The notes beneath the pieces were generated by a model. The model was not told the origin of the DNA. It searched no databases and worked only from the letters and a program-made list of their open reading frames with translations. A DNA stretch of 64,000 nucleotides from Candidatus Thorarchaeota archaeon (GTDB lineage: Archaea; Asgardarchaeota; Thorarchaeia; Thorarchaeales; Thorarchaeaceae), in NCBI GenBank assembly GCA_046758445.1, contig JBHIAE010000003.1:1-64000 (forward strand), in the 5' to 3' direction. Below, piece after piece: positions 36,896-46,103 of this stretch. Within the stretch, counting starts at the first letter, position 1. Each line of letters starts with the position of its first letter. Made by a program: the position numbers and the translations under genes.

Positions 36896-38089
36896 ATGCT
36901 GAGAACCTACGTGTATCGATTGTACCCGAATAAACGTCAACGAAACCTGATTCGCAAGAACGTCGATGCCTGTAGGTTTGTATACAATTGGGCATTGGAG
37001 CAAAAGGTGACAGTCTACGAGGATGGAAAGAGATCCCTATCCTGGTTTGACCTGAATAAGATGCTCCGAAAGCTCAAAACTGAGGAAACCTGGCTCAAGG
37101 AAGCATACTCTCAATCACTGCAGCAGGCTGTCAGGCGTGTCGACCTAGCCTTTAGACATTTCTTTCGGAGATTGGAGAATGGAGAAACGCCTGGTTTCCC
37201 ACGATTCAAATCTAAGAGAATCCTTCGACAGTCCTTTGACATCCCTCAGTTTTTCCAGGTGGAACCGTCAAAGAACAGAGTGAAACTTCCTAAGATTGGA
37301 CGTTTGAAAGCAGTCCTCCATCGTCAGTTTGAAGGACAGGTCAAGTGTGCTACAGTCACAATGACAAGCACAAGAAAGTACTTCATTCACATTGTAGTCG
37401 ACACAGACGATGACCTTCCTCAGAAGTCACGGATTCATTCGGGAAACACAGTTGGCATGGACCTTGGTTTCCTTAGCTATGCTACTCTGTCGACTGGAGA
37501 GAAAATCGAAAACCCCCGACATCTCGAGAGGTCAATTCAACGGTTGAGAATACTCCAGCGAAGACTCGGTCGGAAACAGTAGGGCTCAAAGAACCATGAA
37601 ACAGAGAGATTGCGAGTTGCTCGTCTTCATGAGAGAGTCCGAAACCAACGCCTTGACTTCCAACATAAGCTCTCCACAAGATTGGTGCGCGAGAACCAAG
37701 GCATCGCAGTAGAGAGTCTGAATGTATCAGGAATGATAAGGAATCGTCTACTCGCTCGAAGCATATCCGATGTTGCATGGTCGTCCTTCCTACGAATATT
37801 AGAGTACAAGTCAAAGTGGATGGGAACGACTCTCATGACAGTGGGACGCTTCGAGCCCACATCAAAAGTCTGCAGCACGTGTGGCCACAGAAACAACAGC
37901 CTCACACTATCAGATCGTGAGTGGGCTTGTCCGGAATGCGGGAGTTCCCATGATAGAGATGCCAATGCAGCTATGAATATCAAGCAAATAGGACTACAAA
38001 CAGTTACACCCCGGGTACCGGGGGAAGTGCCTGTAGACCCGTCCCAGAGGGAGGGGATGAAGCAGGAAGCCACTGACCAAGGTCAGTGA
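36896..38089 (+). pseudogene. tnpB: TnpB (IS200/IS605 RNA-guided nuclease) interrupted by in-frame TAG at 37580-37582
   Basis: YRLYP HTH, G.P.FK, LPKIG, RuvC motifs GMDLG / VESL / DRDANAA, Zn finger CSTC-CPEC. The two ORFs are in the same frame. Confidence 0.88.
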
Positions 38090-38117
38090 CAGTTCACGAA
38101 GGTTTCTTCTTGTTCCA
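38008..38117 (+). ncRNA. TnpB omega-RNA 3' region and element right end with adjacent guide
   Basis: GAAGCAGGAAGC, CACTGACC-AA-GGTCAGTG hairpin (38071-38088), terminal TTCAC at 38093-38097. The 5' boundary is approximate. Confidence 0.7.
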
Positions 38118-38118
38118 T

Positions 38119-38697
38119 CTATGCTCTATCGGCGGCGAAGTTGATGTCCAGAATAAAGCGTTCAGGATGGGTCGGTCTAGGCAAATAGATGGGCGGCCGA
38201 CCTGAGAGGTCTTCCATCATCTCTCCTTGCTCCACAGCGTACACAAACAGCCCTGACAAGGCACTAGTTTGCTCTTGACCTTGGTCAATGTCGTCAGCTG
38301 CAAGGTAGATATCAGACTCGGGCCAGAGCGCCAACAAATCCATCAGGTCTACTCTTCTAATCTCTATTCCATTGTCCATCTTCCTTGATTCACCAAGAGA
38401 TAGACTCTCCAAGGCCCGGGCTGCCTTTAGCAGGAAGAAGGAGATTGAACGTTCATCCGGGGAAACACGCTTTAGCGTAGCACCCGGGAATGTTATCACC
38501 TGAAGGTCCCTAGAGTCCCCATAGGCAATACTAACTTCTACATTCCTTCGCAAGTCACCAGAGATGAATAGTCCTACATTGATACATCGACATGCAACAA
38601 TGACCTGCCAAACATTGTTTCCAGCCTTCACCTGACTCTCTTCTATTGGAAACTGGTTGAAAAGGAGCAAGAACCGACGATATGACATCGTGGGCAC
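38119..38697 (-). CDS. TrmY-like tRNA pseudouridine-54 N1-methyltransferase, divergent
   Basis: R.F, CRCI...LF.S...RRNV, V.PDERS motifs; adjacent to srp54. Confidence 0.7.
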   Translation of the reverse strand: MPTMSYRRFLLLFNQFPIEESQVKAGNNVWQVIVACRCINVGLFISGDLRRNVEVSIAYGDSRDLQVITFPGATLKRVSPDERSISFFLLKAARALESLSLGESRKMDNGIEIRRVDLMDLLALWPESDIYLAADDIDQGQEQTSALSGLFVYAVEQGEMMEDLSGRPPIYLPRPTHPERFILDINFAADRA

Positions 38698-38711
38698 TCT
38701 CAGCGAAACGA

Positions 38712-40055
38712 CTATGTTCCTGGAAGTCCCGGTAGCCCAGGGATTCCACCACGTCTGCCTCGACGCTGCTTCCCAAACTGCTTCATCATCTTCTGCATCT
38801 GTTGGTGTTGCTTTAGTAGATCGCGCACGTCACGACGGCTTGTTCCTGAGCCTCGAGCAATGCGTTGAATCCTGGAAGACTTGATGGTCTTCGGATTGTC
38901 GAGCTCGCTCTTGGTCATCGAACTCATAATGACTTCCCAGCGCTTCATGTTCTCTTCCTGAATCTGCGCCATCTCATCCGGGAGCTTGTACTGAAGGCCT
39001 AACATCTCCATGACCTTCCCAATCGGTCCCATCTTCTTCAGTTGTCTAAGCTGTGCCATCATGTCATTCAGTGAGAACTGCCCCTTCATGAAACGCATAG
39101 TGGCATCTTCATCGACCTCAATCTGTGCCTCTCTGACCTTCTCAATGAGGCCCTTTATGTCTGACATGCCCAACAATCGGCCGGCGAACCGCGTTGGATT
39201 GAAGGGTTCGACTGCATCCATTGATTCGCCAATTCCAATGAACTTGACAGGAGCACCGGTTGCAGCCACTGCAGACAGTGCTCCTCCTCCTTTTGCACTT
39301 CCGTCAAGCTTTGTTACAATTATAGACCCGATGTCTGTGGCCTTCCTGAATGCTGCAGCCTGCGTTCCAGCTTGTTGACCAAGAGTTCCATCAACCACGA
39401 GCACAATCTCTTGGGGCTTCACGGCCTTGGAGATGTCCCGCATTTCCTTTATGAGGCCAGTTTCCTCGCGATGTCTTCCCGAGGTGTCGAGAAGAATAAG
39501 CTCGATGCCCTTCTTCTTCATGTCACTAACGCCTTTCTTCGCCAACTTGACAGCGTCTTTTTCATCCTCGTCGCCCCAGAAGGGCACATTGGAACGCTCG
39601 GCCAACTGTTTGAGTTGGCTGTAGGCACCTGGACGGAAATTGTCAGCACAGATGACACCAGTCTTGATGCCTCTCTTCTGGTAGTATCGAGCCAGCTTCC
39701 CGATGGTCGTTGTCTTCCCGGAGCCCTGAATTCCAACCATCATCAAAAGATTGGGCTTCCCTGGTTTGATTTCAAGTGGAACGGTCGTTTCACCCAAGAA
39801 GTGTGCAAGCGTGTCCCAGACGACTTTGACTATATGTTCTCGCCTAGAGATGCCTCTGGGCAGCGACTCATCAAGCGCTTGTTCTTCCACTCTCTCTGTT
39901 ATGGCCATTACAAGATTGACGTCCACGTCGGCCACCAATAACGCACGTTGAATGTCCTTTGTAAGCTCCTTTACAAGCTCTTCATCTATTACGCTCGCAC
40001 CGAATAATCTCTTCAGAGCAGAGTTGAGTGCCTTTCCTAGACCTTCCAAGACCAA
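38712..40055 (-). CDS. srp54: Signal recognition particle protein SRP54
   Basis: GIQGSGKTTT, DTSGRH, TKLDGSAKGGG, Met-rich M domain with RIARGSG. Confidence 0.97.
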   Translation of the reverse strand: MVLEGLGKALNSALKRLFGASVIDEELVKELTKDIQRALLVADVDVNLVMAITERVEEQALDESLPRGISRREHIVKVVWDTLAHFLGETTVPLEIKPGKPNLLMMVGIQGSGKTTTIGKLARYYQKRGIKTGVICADNFRPGAYSQLKQLAERSNVPFWGDEDEKDAVKLAKKGVSDMKKKGIELILLDTSGRHREETGLIKEMRDISKAVKPQEIVLVVDGTLGQQAGTQAAAFRKATDIGSIIVTKLDGSAKGGGALSAVAATGAPVKFIGIGESMDAVEPFNPTRFAGRLLGMSDIKGLIEKVREAQIEVDEDATMRFMKGQFSLNDMMAQLRQLKKMGPIGKVMEMLGLQYKLPDEMAQIQEENMKRWEVIMSSMTKSELDNPKTIKSSRIQRIARGSGTSRRDVRDLLKQHQQMQKMMKQFGKQRRGRRGGIPGLPGLPGT

Positions 40056-40191
40056 TTCGATTCACCGTCTTGCTGGGTGCCGTCTGGGAGTTCTCCATAT
40101 CAACCTTCGCCTTGAGATACAGCGATTGAAGTTTAAGCAACGGGAAGGAATAAAACGGAACGGCCTGACAGGCAACTCCCAGATGATATAG

Positions 40192-40677
40192 ATGAGCAAG
40201 AGGAAGAAGTACGAAGGCATTCGGGTCGTGAAGATATCAGACGGGACCGTCATCGACCACATACGAGCCGGACATGCACTTGAAGTCCTCCAGATTCTAG
40301 GAATCACAGGGAGGGAGGACAACATCATCACTCTGGCGATGAATATCTCAAGTTCGAAGATTGGCCGCAAAGACATAGTGAAGCTTGAGAATCGTTCTCT
40401 TGAGGATCATGAGGTAGCTCGAATTGCACTTGTGGCACCGGATGCGACACTGAATCTCATCAAATCTGGCAAGGTAACGAAGAAGACACGGGTAAAGCTT
40501 CCCGACACAATCACTGATGTCATCATCTGTCCAAACCAGCGGTGCGTTACAAACAAAGAACGAGAGCCAATCGCACCGAAGTATGAGGTCGTTGCTCGAA
40601 CTCCTACCACTCTCAAATGCTTATACTGCTGGACTCTTGTTGATGAAGAGGACATTGTTGCCCAGTTCGCTGAGTGA
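40192..40677 (+). CDS. pyrI: Aspartate carbamoyltransferase regulatory subunit
   Basis: GTVIDHI, KDIVK.E, AP.AT.N.I, CPN..C.TN, C.YC. Confidence 0.95.
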   Translation: MSKRKKYEGIRVVKISDGTVIDHIRAGHALEVLQILGITGREDNIITLAMNISSSKIGRKDIVKLENRSLEDHEVARIALVAPDATLNLIKSGKVTKKTRVKLPDTITDVIICPNQRCVTNKEREPIAPKYEVVARTPTTLKCLYCWTLVDEEDIVAQFAE

Positions 40678-40796
40678 ACATGAGCAGTTCAGAGCAGAGA
40701 GGTCGAATGAAAACCTTAATTTGATGGACACTTGAAGCAGGCTCCAACCAGAATCGAGGTTTGAGCCTCCAGAGTCAAAGTGACGTGAAACAACAT

Positions 40797-41120
40797 ATGG
40801 TCGGCAACAAGATTGTTGTAATTGGGGACCGAGATACGGTCACTGGCTTCCAGATGGTTGGAGTGAAGGACTGTTCAGTCCCGAGCTCTCCAGAGGAAAC
40901 AGTCAAGTCGCTGACTAGGTTCTTCAGAAACCCCGACACGGGACTCATTCTCATCACAGAACCCCTTGCCAAAACTGTGGAAGACACGATCCTTGAGCTC
41001 TCTGAGGCTCCAGTTCCAGTGGTCCTGCTGATTCCCGACAGAAACGGAACAACCGGGGCTTACGACGAAGTTCTACGGGAGCTCATTCGAAAAGCTGTAG
41101 GTATCGAGATTAAGGTCTGA
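40797..41120 (+). CDS. atpF: A/V-type ATP synthase subunit F
   Basis: KI.VIGD.DTVTGF..G, IP, I.KAVG. Confidence 0.92.
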   Translation: MVGNKIVVIGDRDTVTGFQMVGVKDCSVPSSPEETVKSLTRFFRNPDTGLILITEPLAKTVEDTILELSEAPVPVVLLIPDRNGTTGAYDEVLRELIRKAVGIEIKV

Positions 41121-41145
41121 CGTTACATTGATGGAGTGAACAAAG

Positions 41146-42954
41146 ATGACTCAGGAAACCGGAGGAATAGAGAGCATTGCTGGACCCGTTGTTCGATGCG
41201 AAGGACTGACTTCTGTTCGAATGTATGAAGTTGTGCGAGTGGGCGAACAACAGCTAATCGGAGAAGTGATTGAGGTCGGGGAAGGCACCTGTACCGTACA
41301 GGTCTACGAGGAAACTTCTGGTCTGACTCCCGGGGAGCCAGTTGTCCCAACTGGTGACTCCCTATCTGTTGAGCTAGGTCCTGGCCTTCTCGGTTCTATT
41401 TACGATGGAATTCAACGTCCTCTCCCCGAGCTCCGAGAGATGTCTGGGGACTTCATCTCGAGGGGTCTTACCGTAGAGGGAATCAACAAGGAGAAAAAGT
41501 GGGAGTTCAAACCCTCGATCAAGGTTGGGGACAAGGTCGAGCCTGGAGACATAGTCGGCGAGGTCCCAGAAACTGGCATTATAACGTCCCGAATCCTCAT
41601 GCCAGTGGAAATCGAGGGCGAGGTCGTAGAAGTAGTACCTCCCGGGGAATACACAGTTCTTGAAACAATCTGCAAGGTGAAGAACAGCTACGGCGATATC
41701 CACGACGTCATGATGCTTCAGAGAACACCAGTTCGTATTGGCCGACTTTTCAAAGCCCGAGTGCCCATGGACACGCCTCTTATTACTGGCCAACGGGTCA
41801 TTGATACGTTCATGCCTCAGGCAAAGGGTGGCACTGGCGCCATACCTGGAGGCTTTGGAACTGGCAAGACAGTCGCGCTTCATCAGTTTGCCAAATGGGC
41901 CGATGCACAAGTAGTCGTATACGTTGGTTGTGGAGAACGTGGCAATGAGATGACCGAGGCGCTTGAGGAGTGGCCACACCTCAAAGACCCTAAGAGTGGC
42001 CGTCCGCTCATGGAACGCACAGTGCTGATTGCCAACACATCAAACATGCCTGTCGCAGCTCGTGAAGCATCCATCTACGTGGCTGTGACGCTTGCTGAAT
42101 ACTTCAGAGACCAGGGTTTTGATGTGGCTCTGATGGCAGACTCAACTTCACGGTGGGCCGAAGCCCTTCGGGAAATCTCCGGCCGGCTGGGTCAATTGCC
42201 GTCTGAGGAAGGATATCCTGCCTACCTTGGTTCCAGACTTGCTCAGTTTTATGAGCGAGGTGGAAGAGTGAGAACGTTGGGCTCAGAAGAGCGGCTCGGC
42301 TCAATCACTATCTGTGGTGCGGTTTCACCTCCTGGAGGCGACTTCTCTGAACCGGTGACTCAGGCCACGCTCCGGATCGTAAAGGTGTTCTGGGCTCTGG
42401 ACAAGGACCTGGCGGCACGGAGATTCTTCCCGGCCATTAATTCACTGACGAGTTACTCCCTGTATCATCCAACTCTCGAACCGTGGCACAGAGAGAACCT
42501 TGGAGATGACTGGCCCGAGCTAGTACGGGATGCCATGGCACTACTTCAGAAGGACCAAGAACTCAGAGAGATTGTGCAGCTTGTAGGTCCAGACGCACTT
42601 CCTGAGTCAGAGCGCGCAACTCTAGAGGCCGCTAGAATGATCAAGGAGGACTTCCTTACTCAGAGCGCACTTCATGAGATTGATACATTCTGTCCCATTG
42701 GAAAGACGTACCGCATGCTACGCTTGATTATCAAGTTTACAGAGAAGATGGCTGAAGCTGTGAGCTTGGGCGTACAAGTCAGGAGGATTCTAGAGTTCAG
42801 CGTCCTCGACAACATTGCTCGAATGAAGATTACGCCCTGGGATAGTTATGAGTCAACGATGGACACCATCGAGAAGAAGACGGAAACAGAGTTCCAGTCG
42901 CTGTACAAAGAACTAGCTGACTCTGGCATGGTGATATCAGAAATCGCTGAATGA
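41146..42954 (+). CDS. atpA: A/V-type ATP synthase subunit A (no intein)
   Basis: GGFGTGKT, GCGERGNE, ANTSNMPVAARE, DSTSRWAEALRE, PPGGDFSEPV. Confidence 0.97.
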   Translation: MTQETGGIESIAGPVVRCEGLTSVRMYEVVRVGEQQLIGEVIEVGEGTCTVQVYEETSGLTPGEPVVPTGDSLSVELGPGLLGSIYDGIQRPLPELREMSGDFISRGLTVEGINKEKKWEFKPSIKVGDKVEPGDIVGEVPETGIITSRILMPVEIEGEVVEVVPPGEYTVLETICKVKNSYGDIHDVMMLQRTPVRIGRLFKARVPMDTPLITGQRVIDTFMPQAKGGTGAIPGGFGTGKTVALHQFAKWADAQVVVYVGCGERGNEMTEALEEWPHLKDPKSGRPLMERTVLIANTSNMPVAAREASIYVAVTLAEYFRDQGFDVALMADSTSRWAEALREISGRLGQLPSEEGYPAYLGSRLAQFYERGGRVRTLGSEERLGSITICGAVSPPGGDFSEPVTQATLRIVKVFWALDKDLAARRFFPAINSLTSYSLYHPTLEPWHRENLGDDWPELVRDAMALLQKDQELREIVQLVGPDALPESERATLEAARMIKEDFLTQSALHEIDTFCPIGKTYRMLRLIIKFTEKMAEAVSLGVQVRRILEFSVLDNIARMKITPWDSYESTMDTIEKKTETEFQSLYKELADSGMVISEIAE

Positions 42955-43026
42955 TACCAGTAAGAGCCGTCTGTCCAGTATACAGCAGTGGTGTTTATTG
43001 GTCTGTAGTCCCACATAACTCAAGAC

Positions 43027-43578
43027 ATGAGTCGAGAACAGGAACTAGCAGAGCTTCATGAAGAGATTCTCAAGTGCACAAGGTGTCCGCTAAATGCCAC
43101 CCGGAGAAACGCAGTGCCTGGAGAAGGCCCCCTCAACGCCACCGTGATGTTCATCGGCGAAGCGCCCGGTGTTAAGGAGGATGAATCCGGAAGGCCGTTT
43201 GTGGGGCGTTCTGGAGGTTTCCTGACAGATTTGATTGCTGAGATTGGACTGTCAAGAAATGAAGTATTCATCACGTCAGTTCTGAAGTCACGACCACCGA
43301 GAAACCGTGCTCCAAGAAAGAGCGAGATCGAGGCCTGTAGACCATATCTGGAGCGCCAGATACGTATTGTGAATCCAGATGTAGTCGTGCTTCTTGGAGG
43401 TGTAGCCGTTTCATCCATAATCGGTCCTTGGAAGATCTCAGAGGCACACGGTAGAATGTATGAGATAGAAGACCGGAAGTTCCTCATTACATACCACCCC
43501 GCAGCAGCGCTACGATTTCCGAAGCTAAGAGAGGCCATGGCTGCGGACTTTGCAGCTTTGAGGCGCGAGTTTGAGTGA
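43027..43578 (+). CDS. udg: Uracil-DNA glycosylase family 4
   Basis: CTRCPL, GEAPG..ED..GRPFVG, RPP.NR.P, HPAA.L. Confidence 0.92.
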   Translation: MSREQELAELHEEILKCTRCPLNATRRNAVPGEGPLNATVMFIGEAPGVKEDESGRPFVGRSGGFLTDLIAEIGLSRNEVFITSVLKSRPPRNRAPRKSEIEACRPYLERQIRIVNPDVVVLLGGVAVSSIIGPWKISEAHGRMYEIEDRKFLITYHPAAALRFPKLREAMAADFAALRREFE

Positions 43579-43613
43579 GTGGTGGTTAAATTGCACCAGA
43601 TTAACAACCTGAC

Positions 43614-44132
43614 GTGGACTCAATGGTCGTGTCAATGGTCCCCCTGATACTGCAGACCCCCTTCGACATACCTGCCTTTCCACCATGGATGGAAGCCGCA
43701 GACCTAATTCTGAATGTCTTCTTCGCACTCGTCATTCGAGGATATCTGATACTTGTGCTTGTAGGGTTCATGATCTATGTGACAGGGCTAAGTGATGGTC
43801 TAGCGAAGACACTAGTCGTCTTTGGAGTGGCGATGTATATAGCAGGGCCCTATTTGCTTGGCATTCTCGCAGATCTAGCTGGTGTGACACCGCCGACCCT
43901 CGAAGATGCAACTGGCGCATGGTTCGGGCTTTTCGGGATGACAGATGCGGAGCTGATAGATGTTCTGGTGACTCTTGGCGACATCATAGTTGCTGTTGCC
44001 ATCCTTGCGGGTGCAATCATGTATTTCACTCCCCTCGCTGGTGACTTGAAGACGAAAGGACAGTCGTTAGTTGTCCGAGGATTGCTATTGATTCCCATAC
44101 TAAGCTTCTTTCACATAGCCGCCTGGCTCTAG
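43614..44132 (+). CDS. Hypothetical four-TM membrane protein with internal duplication
   Basis: Two similar hairpin units: G.MIY.TG...LAKTLVV.G and G.IMY.TP...KGQSLVV.G. Confidence 0.7.
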   Translation: MDSMVVSMVPLILQTPFDIPAFPPWMEAADLILNVFFALVIRGYLILVLVGFMIYVTGLSDGLAKTLVVFGVAMYIAGPYLLGILADLAGVTPPTLEDATGAWFGLFGMTDAELIDVLVTLGDIIVAVAILAGAIMYFTPLAGDLKTKGQSLVVRGLLLIPILSFFHIAAWL

Positions 44133-44222
44133 CAGACGAACACCAGACGGGAAGTCTTAAAACGAGCAGCAGTGTACCGAGGCGAACGAAACTCGAAAGG
44201 ATGACCATAGGCGGATTTCACA

Positions 44223-45620
44223 ATGTCTAAGTCCTCAGTTGCCTATCGCACAGTGTCCGATGTTAGCGGGCCTCTTCTTGTTGTGGAGAACACACATGAC
44301 GTTGGTTACAACGAGGTTGTCAAAATCCGTGCTCCGAATGGAAACCTCCTCACCGGCACTGTTCTTGAAACAGGCCGTGGAAGAGCAGTGATTCAGGTCT
44401 TTGAAGGAACAAGTGGTCTCGATACCGACGTTACTGCTGTTCGTTTCACGGGAGATACTCTGAGGCTTCCTGTTTCTAGCGAGATTCTGGGTCGCGTTCT
44501 TGATGGTTCAGGCAACCCTCTAGATAGTGGTCCTGTTCTTACGGCAGAGGACCACTGGGACATCTACGGGTCCCCCATCAATCCGTATGCAAGACAGTAC
44601 CCCCGTCAGCCCATTCAGACAGGACTGTCTGTAATTGACGGTCTGAACACACTTGTTCGAGGACAGAAGCTACCAATCTTCTCCGGCTCCGGTCTACCAC
44701 ATAACCGGATTGCAGCACAGATTGTGAGACAGTCCAAGATTCCTGGTGAAGAAGGCGATTTTGCCATAGTGTTTGCTGCGATGGGCATTACGGCCACAGA
44801 ATCACAATACTTCATGAAGTCCTTCGAAGAAACCGGAGCTCTAGAGCATACAACCATGTTCTTGAATCTGGCCAACGACCCGGCGATTGAGCGAATCATC
44901 ACTCCAAGAGCCGCGCTGACAGCAGCTGAATATCTGGCCTACGAGTCCGAAATGCACGTTCTTGTCGTATTGACAGACATGACGAACTATGCGGAGGCAC
45001 TTCGAGAGATAAGTGCGGCAAGGTCCGAGGTTCCTGGACGTCGTGGCTATCCGGGGTACCTGTACACAGACCTTAGTCTAATCTATGAGCGTGCCGGAAG
45101 AATACACGGGAGAAACGGAACAATTACGCAGATGCCAATTCTCTCAATGCCTCAGGATGACATGACCCATCCGATACCTGACCTGACCGGTTATATCACT
45201 GAGGGTCAGCTTCCTCTGAGCAGAGCACTCCATAGGCGAGGTGTCTATCCACCTATCGACCCGGGACCATCCCTCAGCAGACTTATGAAGGAAGGTATTG
45301 GTGAGGGTATGACCCGCTTCGACCACAAGGAAGTCCAAGCACAACTCTACTACGGTTACTCTGAAGGAATAGATCTGAGGGACCTAGTGGCCGTCGTCGG
45401 TTCTGAGGCCCTAACTGATCGCGACCAGAAGTACCTCAAATTTGCCGATCGTTTTGAGCAGGAGTTCATAAGCCAAGATGAGTTCGAGGATCGCTCCTTC
45501 GAACATACGTTGGATCTCGGATGGAACCTCCTCAGCGAGTTCCCTGAGCGTGAACTGAAACGATGTGACCCTGAAACAATCTCGTGGGCAAGTGAAAGGG
45601 GCGTTTACAAGTCGGCATAG
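44223..45620 (+). CDS. atpB: A/V-type ATP synthase subunit B
   Basis: [48 protein letters not shown]. Confidence 0.97.
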   Translation: MSKSSVAYRTVSDVSGPLLVVENTHDVGYNEVVKIRAPNGNLLTGTVLETGRGRAVIQVFEGTSGLDTDVTAVRFTGDTLRLPVSSEILGRVLDGSGNPLDSGPVLTAEDHWDIYGSPINPYARQYPRQPIQTGLSVIDGLNTLVRGQKLPIFSGSGLPHNRIAAQIVRQSKIPGEEGDFAIVFAAMGITATESQYFMKSFEETGALEHTTMFLNLANDPAIERIITPRAALTAAEYLAYESEMHVLVVLTDMTNYAEALREISAARSEVPGRRGYPGYLYTDLSLIYERAGRIHGRNGTITQMPILSMPQDDMTHPIPDLTGYITEGQLPLSRALHRRGVYPPIDPGPSLSRLMKEGIGEGMTRFDHKEVQAQLYYGYSEGIDLRDLVAVVGSEALTDRDQKYLKFADRFEQEFISQDEFEDRSFEHTLDLGWNLLSEFPERELKRCDPETISWASERGVYKSA

Positions 45621-45658
45621 TCCAAAACACCACTAGGCACATATAGTTCATTCGCAAT

Positions 45659-46003
45659 TCATTCTGGCTCGAGCCCGTGGTGCAGGTAATGGTCCTTCTC
45701 CTTCTTCGCACCAAAACTTCGAAGGCCGTCTGTCTTCAACTGAGCCTTGATGTCCCGTGCTTCCGTGCGACTAATCTCCCCACGTCCCATCATATAGTCT
45801 ACAATCTCGATAGCCTGGGAGAGAGTATCGCATCGCCGAATATAGTCCACAATATCCGGGACAAAGGTCTGATGAGCTTTGGGTTGGTCAGGTTCCTCAG
45901 ACATCGTGCGGACACCATCTATCTTGTGGGTCTTGGTGCGTCCTGCTTCCAGCTCATCGCTCAATGCAGGATATGCATCATCGAACTCTTCTCGTGACAT
46001 CAT
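45659..46003 (-). CDS. DUF2095-like conserved archaeal protein
   Basis: YP.L..EL, P..VD.IRRCDT...A.EI.DY...RGEI, G.RSFG.KK...Y. Confidence 0.8.
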   Translation of the reverse strand: MMSREEFDDAYPALSDELEAGRTKTHKIDGVRTMSEEPDQPKAHQTFVPDIVDYIRRCDTLSQAIEIVDYMMGRGEISRTEARDIKAQLKTDGLRSFGAKKEKDHYLHHGLEPE

Positions 46004-46103
46004 AGATCACCAGACTGCCTGCACCGCGACCAGACCTGGCATGTAATCCAAGACTTCTCTAGGATTTTCATTTATAACCTTAGCCAAGACGGCTGGAGTC
46101 ATC

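Noticed and set aside
37580-37582. Genome-wide amber recoding (pyrrolysine)
   Set aside because: TAG ends many conserved genes here (rps8e, rpl16, srp54, atpB), and no pyl genes are in the window
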